Shown here: piece after piece, positions 12,940 through 25,400 of the stretch | How the letters are laid out: the number at the start of each line of letters is the position of its first letter | How positions within the stretch are numbered: the stretch's first letter is position 1 | NCBI RefSeq assembly: GCF_006345805.1 | Contig: NC_043022.1 | Span: 12,772,001-12,836,000, forward strand | DNA length: 64,000 nt | Source of the DNA: Octopus sinensis | Lineage: Eukaryota | Reading direction: 5' to 3' | The notes under the pieces: model-generated | The model's database searches: none | Told to the model about the DNA's origin: nothing | The model's input: only the letters and a program-made list of their open reading frames with translations | Translations under genes and position numbers: made by a program

Positions 12940-14266
12940 CATGTTACTCCTCCCTCTCTTTCTGTGCATGTCACTTCCTCTCCTCCCCTCTCTTTACATA
13001 TTACTCCATCTCTCTCTGCATGTTACTCCTCCTTCCCACTCCCTTTCACTCTCTCCTCTCTCTCTCTCTCTCACACACTGTGCCTGTTACTCCTTCTCCT
13101 CTCTCTCTCTCTCTGCATGTTACACCCTCAATCTCATTGTGCATGTCATTCCCCTTCCCTCTCTCTCCCTCTCTTTCTCTCTCTCTCTGGATATTTCTCT
13201 CTCTGCATGTTACTCCCTCCCTCTCCTTCCATCTCCCTCTCTCTCTCTCTCCCTTGCTCTCTCTCCCTCTTGTATGTTCTGATTTGTGTTGTGGTTGTGT
13301 ATTGGCTGCAGTGCAGTGTGTGCAGTGGCCGTTATGTGATGCAGTGTGATTCAGTGCAGTGCAGTAAGGTGCAGAATGATGTAGAGTGTCATGCGGTGTA
13401 ACACTCTGGAGTGTAATAAGATGGAGTGTGATGCAGCATGATGAGGTCTTTTGTAAATTACTAAATTAATTCTATTTTCTTCTACCAATTCAGAATTATA
13501 GCCAATTACATATTTTGGATAATGACCAAGGAACTATGTCCTCACCTCACACATGAGTACCGACTATTAGATTATCGCTATAGGAAAGTTCTAGAGGTAA
13601 GTACCATTGAAGCCTGTCCACATTTCACGTTTCAGTTTTCACATTTCACATCTCACAGCTGCAGGATATGGAATATCAACTAGTGAAATCATCATCATCA
13701 TCATCGTTTAACATCCGTTTTCCATGCTAGCACGGGTTGGACGGTTCGACCGGGGTCTGGGAAGCCAGGGGCTGCACCAGGCTCCAGTCTGATCTGGCAA
13801 AGTTTCTACAGCTGGATGCCCTTCCTAACGCCAACCACTCTGTGAGTGTAGTGGGTGCTTTTTACATGCCACCAGCACAGGTGCCGGGGGGGTCCGGCAT
13901 CGGCCACTATCGGTTGGTACTTTTAACGTGCCACCGGCACGGAAGCCAGCCAAGGCGGCGCTGGCATCGGCCAAATAAACATATTCATCTCATACCTCCT
14001 ACCTTTCTTTTTGTGTGTGTGTGTGTCGTTATTATGTTACACTGTCGTATGTCCAAATTTGGCCAAATGCATTTTGTTCAATATTTATTTTTGCTTGCAA
14101 TAGCCGGTTCTTTCGGTCAAGCTATCGTATATCCAGCTGCTTCAGATGCCAAGATATCAAAAATTGGCAAAGTGTAGTACAATGGTTTTGCTATGGAATG
14201 GTGAAACTATTTTTTTCATTTTCTGTAAAAACAATGTTTTGAACTTACAGCACTTTTGCATAACAG

Positions 14267-14309
<43 letters not shown>

Positions 14310-14843
14310 GGAGTAAACACATAAATGTGAAACAAGGTGGAAAAAAGAGTACTCAAATACCAGTGGTAGAATAATATGGTTTATTTAAAGCAGCAGAAAA
14401 TTCAACAAAACCTGTTACTCCGAGTTTCACGTTGCCGTTCATCGGACAGTTTTTGCTAGAATAGAATAGAACGGTTCTATTCTAGCAAAAACTGTCCGAT
14501 GAACGGCAACGTGAAACTCAGAGTAACAGGTTTTGTTGAATTTTCTGCTGCTTTAAATAAAGTATATATATAATATATATATATATATACCGGAGTAAAC
14601 ACATAAATGTGAAACAAGGTGGAAAAAAGAGTACTCAAATACCAGTGGTAGAATAATATGGTTTATTTAAAGCAGCAGAAAATTCAACAAAACCTGTTAC
14701 TCTGAGTTTCACGTTGCCGTTCATCGGACAGTTTTTGCTAGAATAGAATAGAACGGTTCTATTCTAGCAAAAACTGTCCGATGAACGGCAACGTGAAACT
14801 CAGAGTAACAGGTTTTGTTGAATTTTCTGCTGCTTTAAATAAA

Positions 14844-14889
<46 letters not shown>

Positions 14890-16140
14890 TTTCTTTAACA
14901 AGTGGTCCAAGTGCACAATAGACCATCAGAGGACACTTTATTGCATTAAGTTTGGACATAATAATCGATAACTTAATGCAAAAAAGTGTCCCCTTGATGA
15001 TTTGTTGTGGTTGAGCATCTCAATGCACTTGGGACACTTATTGTAGGGCACCAAATAACCATAATGGTGAAACATATGCATGGGAACCCTAATAAAGACT
15101 TGTGTCATTCCCTATTTCTCCGACATCTGTTCTGTAGTTCAAAACAAGTAATACTACTCAGTACTTGGAAGTTACTTAAGAAATATACTGAAAGCAGACT
15201 GGATTATGATAATCTATGTGAAGCTCTAAACACAATAGTAGCAGTGGTACATCGTTTTGTACACACAATTTCTACAATATATATAAGGGACTGAGACCTT
15301 TGGTGATTTGCTGTGCTTAAGACACATCAAGCCGAGTTAAATCATAGTCATGGTCAGTGACACGTAAAAGGTACCAGTGCTGGTGACACATGAAAGGCAC
15401 CCACTACATTCTTGGAATGGTTGGCATTAGGAAGGGCATCCAGCCGTAGAAACCAAGCCAAATTAGACTTGGGGCCTTGTACAGCTGACTTACCAGTTCC
15501 AGTCAAACCATGTAACTCATGCCAGTATGGGAAACAGAGTTTAAATGATGATGGTGATTTATATATAGAAGTATTATTGCCGTTATTATTAGTATTGATA
15601 AGGTGATAATAAGGTGGCTAGCAAGTTCACACTGTTCCAGGCACAGTATCAGGTAAATTTAGATTCAATAGGGTATATAATGCCACTTGCTAAAATCAGA
15701 GCCAATGCTCCAAAAACCACCATAAACTCACAATATAGATACCAACAAGCAATGCAATGAACATATGAGAAATAGGCTTACCTTTGCATTGAATACATCA
15801 GTAAGTAGTGTATATTGCAATATCAATTGATTTCATGCTTTGCATGGCAAACATACTCTGTGATCTTCAGTTGAAAATAACATCTTAACATCTACTAAAA
15901 TATCCACTACATTAGCTCGGTGGCGAGCTGGCAGAAATGTTAGCACACCAGGCGAAATGCGTAGCCATATTTCGTCTGGCGTTAAGTTCTGAGTTCAAAT
16001 TCCGCCGAGGTTGACTTTGCCTTTCATCCTTTCGGTGTCGATAAATCAAGTACCAGTTACGCACTGGGGTCGATGTAATCGACTTAATCCATTTGTCTAT
16101 CCTTGTTTGTCCTATCTGTGTTTAGCCCCTTCTGGGTAGT

Positions 16141-16200
<60 letters not shown>

Positions 16201-16854
16201 CACACACGTAACTTCTTTATCTGATATATATATCACCACCATCTTATCATCTTCATTTAATGTGTTTAATGTCCATCTTCCATGCTGACATGGGTTGGAC
16301 ACCCTGACAGGATCCAATGTACCCCTTATAGATTTGATGTGTTAAAACACACCAGTATCAGAGAGAGAGAAACAAAAAATTCATCCTAACAACATGGCAA
16401 ACTCATAAGAGATGTTGTCACAGGACAAATACCACAGTAACTGGCCTATTGACAGTGTGTATAAATCAAATATGATTATATAGATGAATATTTTAATTTA
16501 AATTTGCCTCAGTTGCAGATACTGAATTTTTAATCAGCCAGGCAGCTATTTGCAACATCAGTGAATGTTTTATTCACTTTTTCTTGTATCACAGATGACA
16601 AATTCCCATCGGAGCAAGTAGATGGCTAATGAAAAGACACTGGAAGGCTGAAATACATCTGGTGCTCTCACTGGCCACTGCTGGAATGAATTTTCATCTG
16701 CCTTCCATATTTATCATGTTTTTAACACAGCAAGTCCATAAGAGATGTTATCTTTGGACAAATACTGCAGTAATAGACCTATCAACCATGTACATTCATT
16801 AAGTATGATACTTCGATGACTATTTTAATTTAATATTGTCTCAAATTGCATATA

Positions 16855-16913
<59 letters not shown>

Positions 16914-19900
16914 TTTTTTTTATAAGCCTTGTACTTATTTTATCAGTCTCTTTTACCAAACCACTGAAAAAGGGATGTAAACACACCAACACCAGTTGTC
17001 AAGCAGTGGTGGGCAACAAACAGACACACACATACACACAATGGGCTTCTTTCAGTTTCCATCAACCAAATATTCTTGGCTGGCCCGAGACCATAGTAGA
17101 AGATACTTCCAAGGTGCAATACAGTGGAATTTAACATGAAACCATGTGGTTAGAAAGCAAACTGCTTACCATATAGCCATATTATCACCACCATCACCAT
17201 CATCATCATCATTATCTAATGCTCGTTTTCCATGCTGGCATGGGTTGGATGGTTAGACAGAAAACTGCTCCAGGCTTCACTGTCTGTTTTGGCATCGGTT
17301 TTATGGCTTGATGCTCTTCCTTGTGCCAATGTGTGCGTGTGATGAGCTTCCACATAGTTTCTGCCTATGAACTTAATTCACAAGTCATTGTTTGGCCTGA
17401 GGATTATAATAAAAGACACTTCTCCACAACTTCAACCACTGCCATCATCCCTATTAACCACTAAGTTATGGGGATGTAAACAAACCAACACGAATTGCCA
17501 AGCAGGGTTGTAAAACTAACTTCTTAACCATACAGCCGTACCTGCCTCTGTGACATTTTTTTTACTCTCTCTCTCTCTCTCTTTAATTCTCTTGTTCATT
17601 TATTGCTGCTTTTCTCTCTCTCTTCACCCCAACACGCCTCCTTCCCTGTGACAAATTCCACCACCACCACCACCACATCTCCATCTAACAGGGCATCAGG
17701 AAGGAGAAAACCCTGTGGGAAAGCTGTGTTAGCTTTATAAACACGGAAATTGGTCATGCTGTTGGAGCCCTTTTTGTTAGTGAACATTTCAAGAAAGAAA
17801 ATAAAGACATTGTGAGTAGTTTTTTCCATTTTTTCATATGATAAATATGTGTGTGTATGTGTATGTATATATATATATAGTTAATCCAAACAAGAAAGCA
17901 CAAAAAAACACAACAACGCAAGGACGTGGAACAAATATAGTATTATTGGACGCTCAGGAAGGAAGGAAAGAAGGAGGCTTTAACGTTTCGAGCAGAGCTC
18001 TTCGTCGGAAACATAGGAAAAGGAAAGATCCAGAGAAGGGAAGACGGAGGAAAAAAAATCGCCAACGGTACACACACACACACGTGTGTGTGTGTGTGTG
18101 TGTATAATACAAAACCACATAAATCCAAATCCAAAATCAAAATACAAACATGAGCACAGAAAGAAAAAAAAAGAGAGGAAGAAACAAAAGCCATTAATTC
18201 AACCAAATGCCTCAACTGGTCACACATAAGGTTCAACGGAGCCTACTGAAGCAAGCCAGCACACTTGGCTGCTTTACTATGGGTGATGGCAAGGCTGAGG
18301 TGTTGGAACAGCCAAGCAGTTCATAGGTGTCACCTGACACCATCATAATAAGGCCAGCTGTCAGCGATGACAAAAACTTGGCTGTTAATGACCCAGATGT
18401 TAAATCTATTTCTCACCATGTAACAATATACATGTACAGGTGGTGGCTGTGGTGGCTGTGGTGGCTGTGGTGGCTGTGGTGGCTGTGGTGGCTGTGTTTA
18501 TGATCACTGTTTTCGTTGTGCTGTTTCTTATTTCTTTATTGCCCCGCAAGGAGCTAAACATACAGGAGACAAACAAGGACAGACAAAGGGTTTAAGTCAA
18601 TTACATCGACCCCAGTGCATAACTGGTACTTAATAAAGGCGGCGAGCTGGCAGAAACGTTAGCGCACCGGGCAAAATGCTTAGCGGTATTTCGTCTGTCA
18701 TTACGTTGTGAGTTCAAATTCCGCAGAGGTCGACTTTGCCTTTCATCCTTTCGGGGTCGATAAATTAAGTACCAAATACGCACTGGGGTCAATGTAATCG
18801 ACTTAATCCGTTTGTCTGTCCTTGCTTGTCCCCTCTATGTTTAGCCCCTTGTGGGCAGTAAAGAAATAAATAAACATGTACAGGTTGTGGCTGTGATTAT
18901 GATCACTGTTTTTGTTGTTGTGCTGTTTCTTATTTCTTTATTGCCCGCAAGGGGCTAAACATAGAGGGGACAGGGAGATTCAGTGTGACACAGAATGTGA
19001 CAGGGCTGGCCGTTTGAAATACAGGTACCGCTCATTTTTGCCAAGTAGACTGGAGCAATGTGAAATAAAGTGTCTTGCTCAAGGACACAATGTCCCACAA
19101 GGAACTGAACTCATGACTTTACAATCATGAGTCAAACACCCAAACCACTGCACCACATGCCTACACATTCACACACACACACATCTATATAACACACACA
19201 TACACATATTGGGTTTCTTTTTGCTTCTGTCAACTAAATCCACTCACAAAATTTTGGTCAGGTCAGAGCTATAATACAAGAAACCCGTCCAAGGTCCCAA
19301 GCAGTGGGGCTGAACCTAAACCATGCATATACAGGGTCAGGCAAAATGATCTGACACATTTGTAGGTTAAATAAAAGGTAAATGAAGTAAAGAAACAAAA
19401 AAGTGTTTTTATTTTTGAAAAGTACATATAATGCCATTTTGTTTCATTATGTTTTAAAAATTAAATCAGTCAAATGGGATCCATTATTGTCCACACACTG
19501 TCGAAGGCATTCACGAAAGTTGTCAATAACTCAGCGGGTCATTTCATGCGATTTTTTTCTCTGGGGATACCTCAAGTCAAAGGTATACATTAATCGCCCT
19601 CGATCTATTGAACAACTTAAAGATGCAATTCGTCAAGAAATTACTGCCATTCCACAAGAAATGACCCGCCGAGTTATTGACAACTTTCGTGAACGCCTTC
19701 GACAGTGTGTGGACAATAATGGATCCCATTTGACTGATTTAATTTTTAAAACATAATGAAACAAAATGGCATTATATGTACTTTTCAAAAATAAAAACAC
19801 TTTTTTGTTTCTTTACTTCATTTGCCTTTTATTCAACCTACAAATGTGTCAGATCATTTTGCCTGACCCTGTATAATTAACAATCTGTTGATCTGTTGTA

Positions 19901-22413
19901 TTCCTTTCCATAGGCTCTGGAGATGATACAAAATATTCGAAATGCCTTCAACAAACTCCTTGACGACAACACGTGGATGGATGAAGAAACTAGAAAATTT
20001 GCAAAGGAAAAGGTGAGTTCATGTTATGGCAGTCCCTGCCCCCCACCTCAGAAACACTCGATGTAAGGGTGAGGCTGTTCTATTGGTGATATTAGGGGTG
20101 GTGTTATTGCTGTTGTTATTGTCAGGGGTGTCTTTGGTAATAAGGTGCATCAAAGTGGGACCTATTGAACAGAGTTTGGTTTGACAATGAAACTGGAAAT
20201 CCTGGATATTGGAACAGTAATGTTCCCATTATGGACTATATTTGATAAGCAGAAAAACCAAGGAGAGGTGGGCGGCAAAGATTGTCCATAAAGGAAAATA
20301 TCAAAACTCTTTGACTCTTGTCTCTTTTTGATTGTTTATTTTTTCTGCTTATCTTTTATATATATATTCTTTCATTCTTTTACTTGCTTCAATCATTTGA
20401 CTGTGGCCATGCTGGAGCACCACCTTTTAGTCGAGCAAATCGAGCCCAGGACTTATTCATTGTAAGCCTAGTACTTATTCTATCGGTTGCTTTTTGCCGA
20501 ACCGCTAAGTTACAGGGACATAAACACACCAGCTTCAGACAAACACAGACACACAAACATACACACACACACATATATATATGATGAGCTTCTTTCAGTT
20601 TCCGTCTACCATATCCACTCACAAGGCTTTGGTTGGCCCGAGGCTATAGTAGAAGACACTTGCCCAAGGTGCCACGCAGTGGGACTGAACCTGGAATCAT
20701 GTAGTTGGTAAGCAAGCTACTTACCACACAACCACATATACACACACACATAAATATAAAACCATAAAATCAGGAGGTATTTATTTAACCATGTGACTTC
20801 CATAGGCTAACAGTCGTTTCCAACTTTCTTCTTATAGTATTGATTTCAGTGTGGAAGAAATCATATGAAAGCATAGTGGTTATGGTGTTGCTAGGTAGCG
20901 ATTTCAGTTCCGAGCCTGAGTGGCACATTGTGTTGTTGAGCAAAATAATTTTACATTGCTCTGCAATCATTTCAACATCTGACATGTCAAACATTCTGTT
21001 ATATGTCCTGTTTTTTTTTTCTTCCTAGGCAAATGCCATGATTGGAATGATTGGATATCCAGAATTTATATTAAAAAAGTCAAAGTTGGACAAATTCTAT
21101 GAAATGGTGAGATTTCTACATTTGCAAAAGACAAATACATTTTGGTTTAGTATTGCATGTAATAATGCATGTGTGTATGTATATGTGTATACATATATAT
21201 ATATACATATATACATATATATATATATGTGGAGGCGCAATAGCCTAGTGGTTAGGGCAGCGAACTCGCGGTCGTAGGATCGCGGTTTCGATTCCCAGAC
21301 CGGGCGTGGTGAGTGTTTATTGAGTGAAAACACCTAAAAGCTCCACGAGGCTCCGGCAGGGGGTGGTGATCCCTGCTGTACTCTTTCGCCGCAACTTTCT
21401 CTCACTCTTTCTTCTGTTGGCCTGCTCGCTTAGCCAGCAGGGTGGCGTCATTCGAAGGCTAAAACAATGCGAACGCATTGTGACCAGCGATGTGTAACAA
21501 CATCTGATGGTCTGGTCGGTCACATGATCACGTGATATATATATATATATAAATTAATAAAAACAGTTGTTTGCAACATTATACCGTAAAGGAAAATTAT
21601 AGTCATCAATTAACCTTGACTAAGGGTGTGAATAACACCCACATTGCTAGAAATAGGAGCTAAAATGCTGCAATGCTATTACAAAGCACATAACATGTAC
21701 TCTGAGAGAAGCTGCAGTCGCCCTGGACACCAAACCAAGAATTCCTCAGATTGACCGATCAGTCTCAGCTATTGCCATAGCTGTCTTCAGTAAGGCCAGC
21801 TCACCTATCAGAGTATATATATTCACCATAAAAATCTACGGATGATTTAGCAGATTGCTAATGTAGAAACAAATGAATATATACATACATATATCATCAT
21901 CATCATCCTTTAACATCTGTTGTCCATGATGGTACGGGTTGGATGGTTTGATTGGGCTGGCATGCTGGAAGGCTGTGCCAGGATCCAGTCTGATTTGGCA
22001 TGGTTTTCTATGGCTGGATGCCCTTCCTGATGCCAACCACTCTGAGAGTGTACTGGGTGCTTTTATGTGCCACCAGCAGAGGTGCCATTTGTGTGGCACT
22101 GGTATCTGCCATGACTTCTCAAGCATAACATAATGCCAAAGGTCTTGGTCATTGCCTCCATGAAGCCCAACACTTGAAGGGAGCTTGACCAATTTGCCCC
22201 CATGAGGAATATATATATATATCCACAACTACGAAACTCTATAAAATGATTAAATTCCCCACAAAGGAATTAATTTGATTTGAAAACCCCACTAGAATGG
22301 GAGAAAGCGCTAATAATCTGAATGATATGATATATATATGTAAAAAATGTAATATATAAATAAATATCTATAAATATGAACCATCCGATCTTCTGATTAC
22401 CTCATTTCTACTA

Positions 22414-22458
<45 letters not shown>

Positions 22459-25400
22459 TGAACAATGGTCATTACACTACATATAAATATATGGAAATTA
22501 AATAAATGACAAAAGAACAGGAAATTACATCATGAACTTGATTAGCTTTACAGCTGTTTCTGGTATAGGATGTAGTGACAGAAAGAGAGAGAGAGAGTAG
22601 AAGAGAGACAGTCAGATACAACATAAATTCTTAACATACTGCAATTATCTCCCCTTTAAGAGAAAAGTAAAGAGTATGCAAATACCTTTTGACAATTGTG
22701 ACCAACTCTGAATCACAAGGGGAGATAATCTCAAGACCCAAGAACTCTCAAGAAGTGACATGCCATTAAAGAAAAGAGAACAGCTGTATTAAAAAGGTGA
22801 CCCCTTGGACTAAAATTCCACTGGTTATCTCTTGGACTAATATTTATTAGTAACCACTCAAATTAAAATTTTGCAGTCATCACCTTCAACTAAAATTTTA
22901 TTGGTGACCCCTTGAACTAATATTTTATTGGCAATCCCCATAAACTAATATTTATTTGTGGCCCTTTAAACTATTATTTTATTAGTGACCCCCTTGAACT
23001 GATCTTTTATTCTTCAGCTGGAAGTGGACCCTGACAGCTACTTTCGCAGTGTCCACCAGATCAAAAGATACAAGTCTCACAACCAAATCAAAGAATTGCG
23101 GGAACCAGTTGACAGAGAGAAGTATGGCATTAATTTGTTTTATGGAGATGGTGGTGATACCAGTTATATACAATGTCACATATGAACACATGTGTGTGGT
23201 GTGTGTGTGTGTGTGTTATACTTCCACACACATTCTTTTGTTTGTTTATTTCTTTCTCACCACTTTTCCTCTTCCACTATTTTTCTCCCATTTTTCTCCC
23301 ATTTTCCCTCTTTTTTCACCATTTTCTTTCATTTTTCATCATGAAAGACAAAACACCCAAAACATCAAAACTCTGTCCCTTTCCTTTCAAATGGTAAAAC
23401 TAATACAACCTTTGTCAAAACTCATCCCTCTTGTTTTGCCTTTTTTTTCACTCATTACCTTACGTAATATATATATCTATTTCTGTATTGCCCACAAGGG
23501 GCTAAACATAAGAGGGGACAAACAAGGACAGACAAAGGGATAAGTCATTTACATCGACCCCAATGTGTAACTGCTACTTAATTTATCAACCCCGAAAGGA
23601 TGAAAGGCAAAGTCGACCTCGGCAGAATTTGAACTCAGAACGTAACAACAGACGAAATATGGCTACGCATTTCGCCCAGCATGCTAACGTTTCTGCCAGC
23701 TTGCCGCCTATGTAATATATATATCATCATCATTTAACATCCACTGGTATGGGTTGGATGGTTTGACCAGGGCTGGTAAGCTGAGGGGCTGCACCAGACT
23801 CCAGTCTGATTTGGCATGGGTTCTACAGCCGGATACCCTTCCTAATGCCAACCACTTTGAGAGTGTAATGAGTGCTCTTACATACCACCAGTATCTGCCA
23901 TGACTACAATTTCACTTGGCTTGGGTCTTCTACTCAAGCACCACATATTGCCAAAGGTCTCAATCATTTGTAATTGCCTCTGCAAGGCCTAACACTCAGA
24001 AAATGTTTATTCCCTGCCACTAGCACGGATGCTAATTACACAACACCGGCATCATGACCTCACATATTCAGTGTATGTGTTTTGTTTGTTCACTGATTCA
24101 TTGCAGTTTAGTGCCTGGGGGATGAATCTCTCGTTACACTGGGTGTTAAAACACCTGATAGTCTAACACCCAGTATAATGAGGGTGTCGTCCTCCAGATG
24201 CTACACCACAATAAATCACCAAACAAAACACCCACATTGAGTATGTGTAACTGATAACATATATTTATGCAAAAAAAAAAAGCTATGTTAAGAATATTAT
24301 TCAACAACTACCATAGTTGAATGATAAATAAAAGTGGTAATAATAAGTCAAACCAGACAGTGATATTTTGAAATTATTGAGACATCTATGTTTCAGGTGT
24401 GTATAATATCTAATAGGAAAAGCGTCTGGAAGGTCTTGCATAACTGATGCATTTCCTCTTATATATAACTAGCAGTATCGCCCGGCGTTGCTCGGGTTTG
24501 TTTCGACCCGCTGGAATTGTAATTTTGAAAAGTAAAAATTTTGTGAACATTTTTCTGGTCGAAATACACCGAAAAGTGGCGACACAGCAGTGAAAAAATC
24601 GTAAAAAATCGGGATTTTCATAGAAAAAAGCATCTTTTTGATGTAAATAATTTTTGGTGTTAACATGGTCCGATTTGAATTTTATGTTCTACGGAAGGAA
24701 GAGCAACCCTTCTTCTACCATACTCTCAATTTTGGTCAACTTGCGCCGCAGGGTCTCGGAGGAGATAGTGTTAGTTGAAGGTTACCATTCTAGGTGCCTG
24801 AGTAACAACCTCGCGGAATTACAGATAAATGAATTAATTACTATTTTACAGAATAAAATTAAATAATTCTTGAAAATTAATTAATATTAATATTTTTTGA
24901 ACAAAGTAAATAATTTTTAAAACTTAAATAATAATTTTTTTTACACAAACGCGAACGGGGAAAAGGGGGTGGCGAATTCGATTTACATACCTAAATTTTT
25001 TCTTTTTCATGACATTGTAGCAAAATAGTAGTGAATAATATAAATACCAGCAGTACATTTTTTTATCTGGGGTATTTTTTTCAACCTCGTCACATATTTG
25101 CCCCTTTCAATTTAAACAAAGTCTTAATTAAGCAATTACGGCAGCTTAGCAATGGTTTCAATACAGGCGCGACATGTGTATCTCAATTGTTCAAAACCCT
25201 TCGAATTTTTTCGCACGTGATGATATCATAGTGAAAACTTTCAATTACGCGCGCTTAGAAGTACGCTCGCAAATTAATACTACCAAAATTTTGAAGTTCG
25301 CGCTCCGCTTGTGTGTGTGTGTGTGCGTGCTTTAGGTGTACGTAGGTATGTGTTTTTGTGTGTGTGTGTCACTGAAGCCATACATACATATATACATACA

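Noticed and set aside
20150-20245. Protein-looking frame [30 protein letters not shown]
   Set aside because: Short, no recognisable family, and no convincing splice sites.
21229-21300. tRNA gene-like sequences (here and at other SINE heads)
   Set aside because: They have A/B boxes but no complete cloverleaf and continue into SINE bodies present in many copies.
22545-22575. - strand GAAACAGCTGTA (palindromic stem III plus GUA); similar at ~9990-10002 on +
   Set aside because: No upstream CUGANGA or stem II is present; at most truncated remnants.
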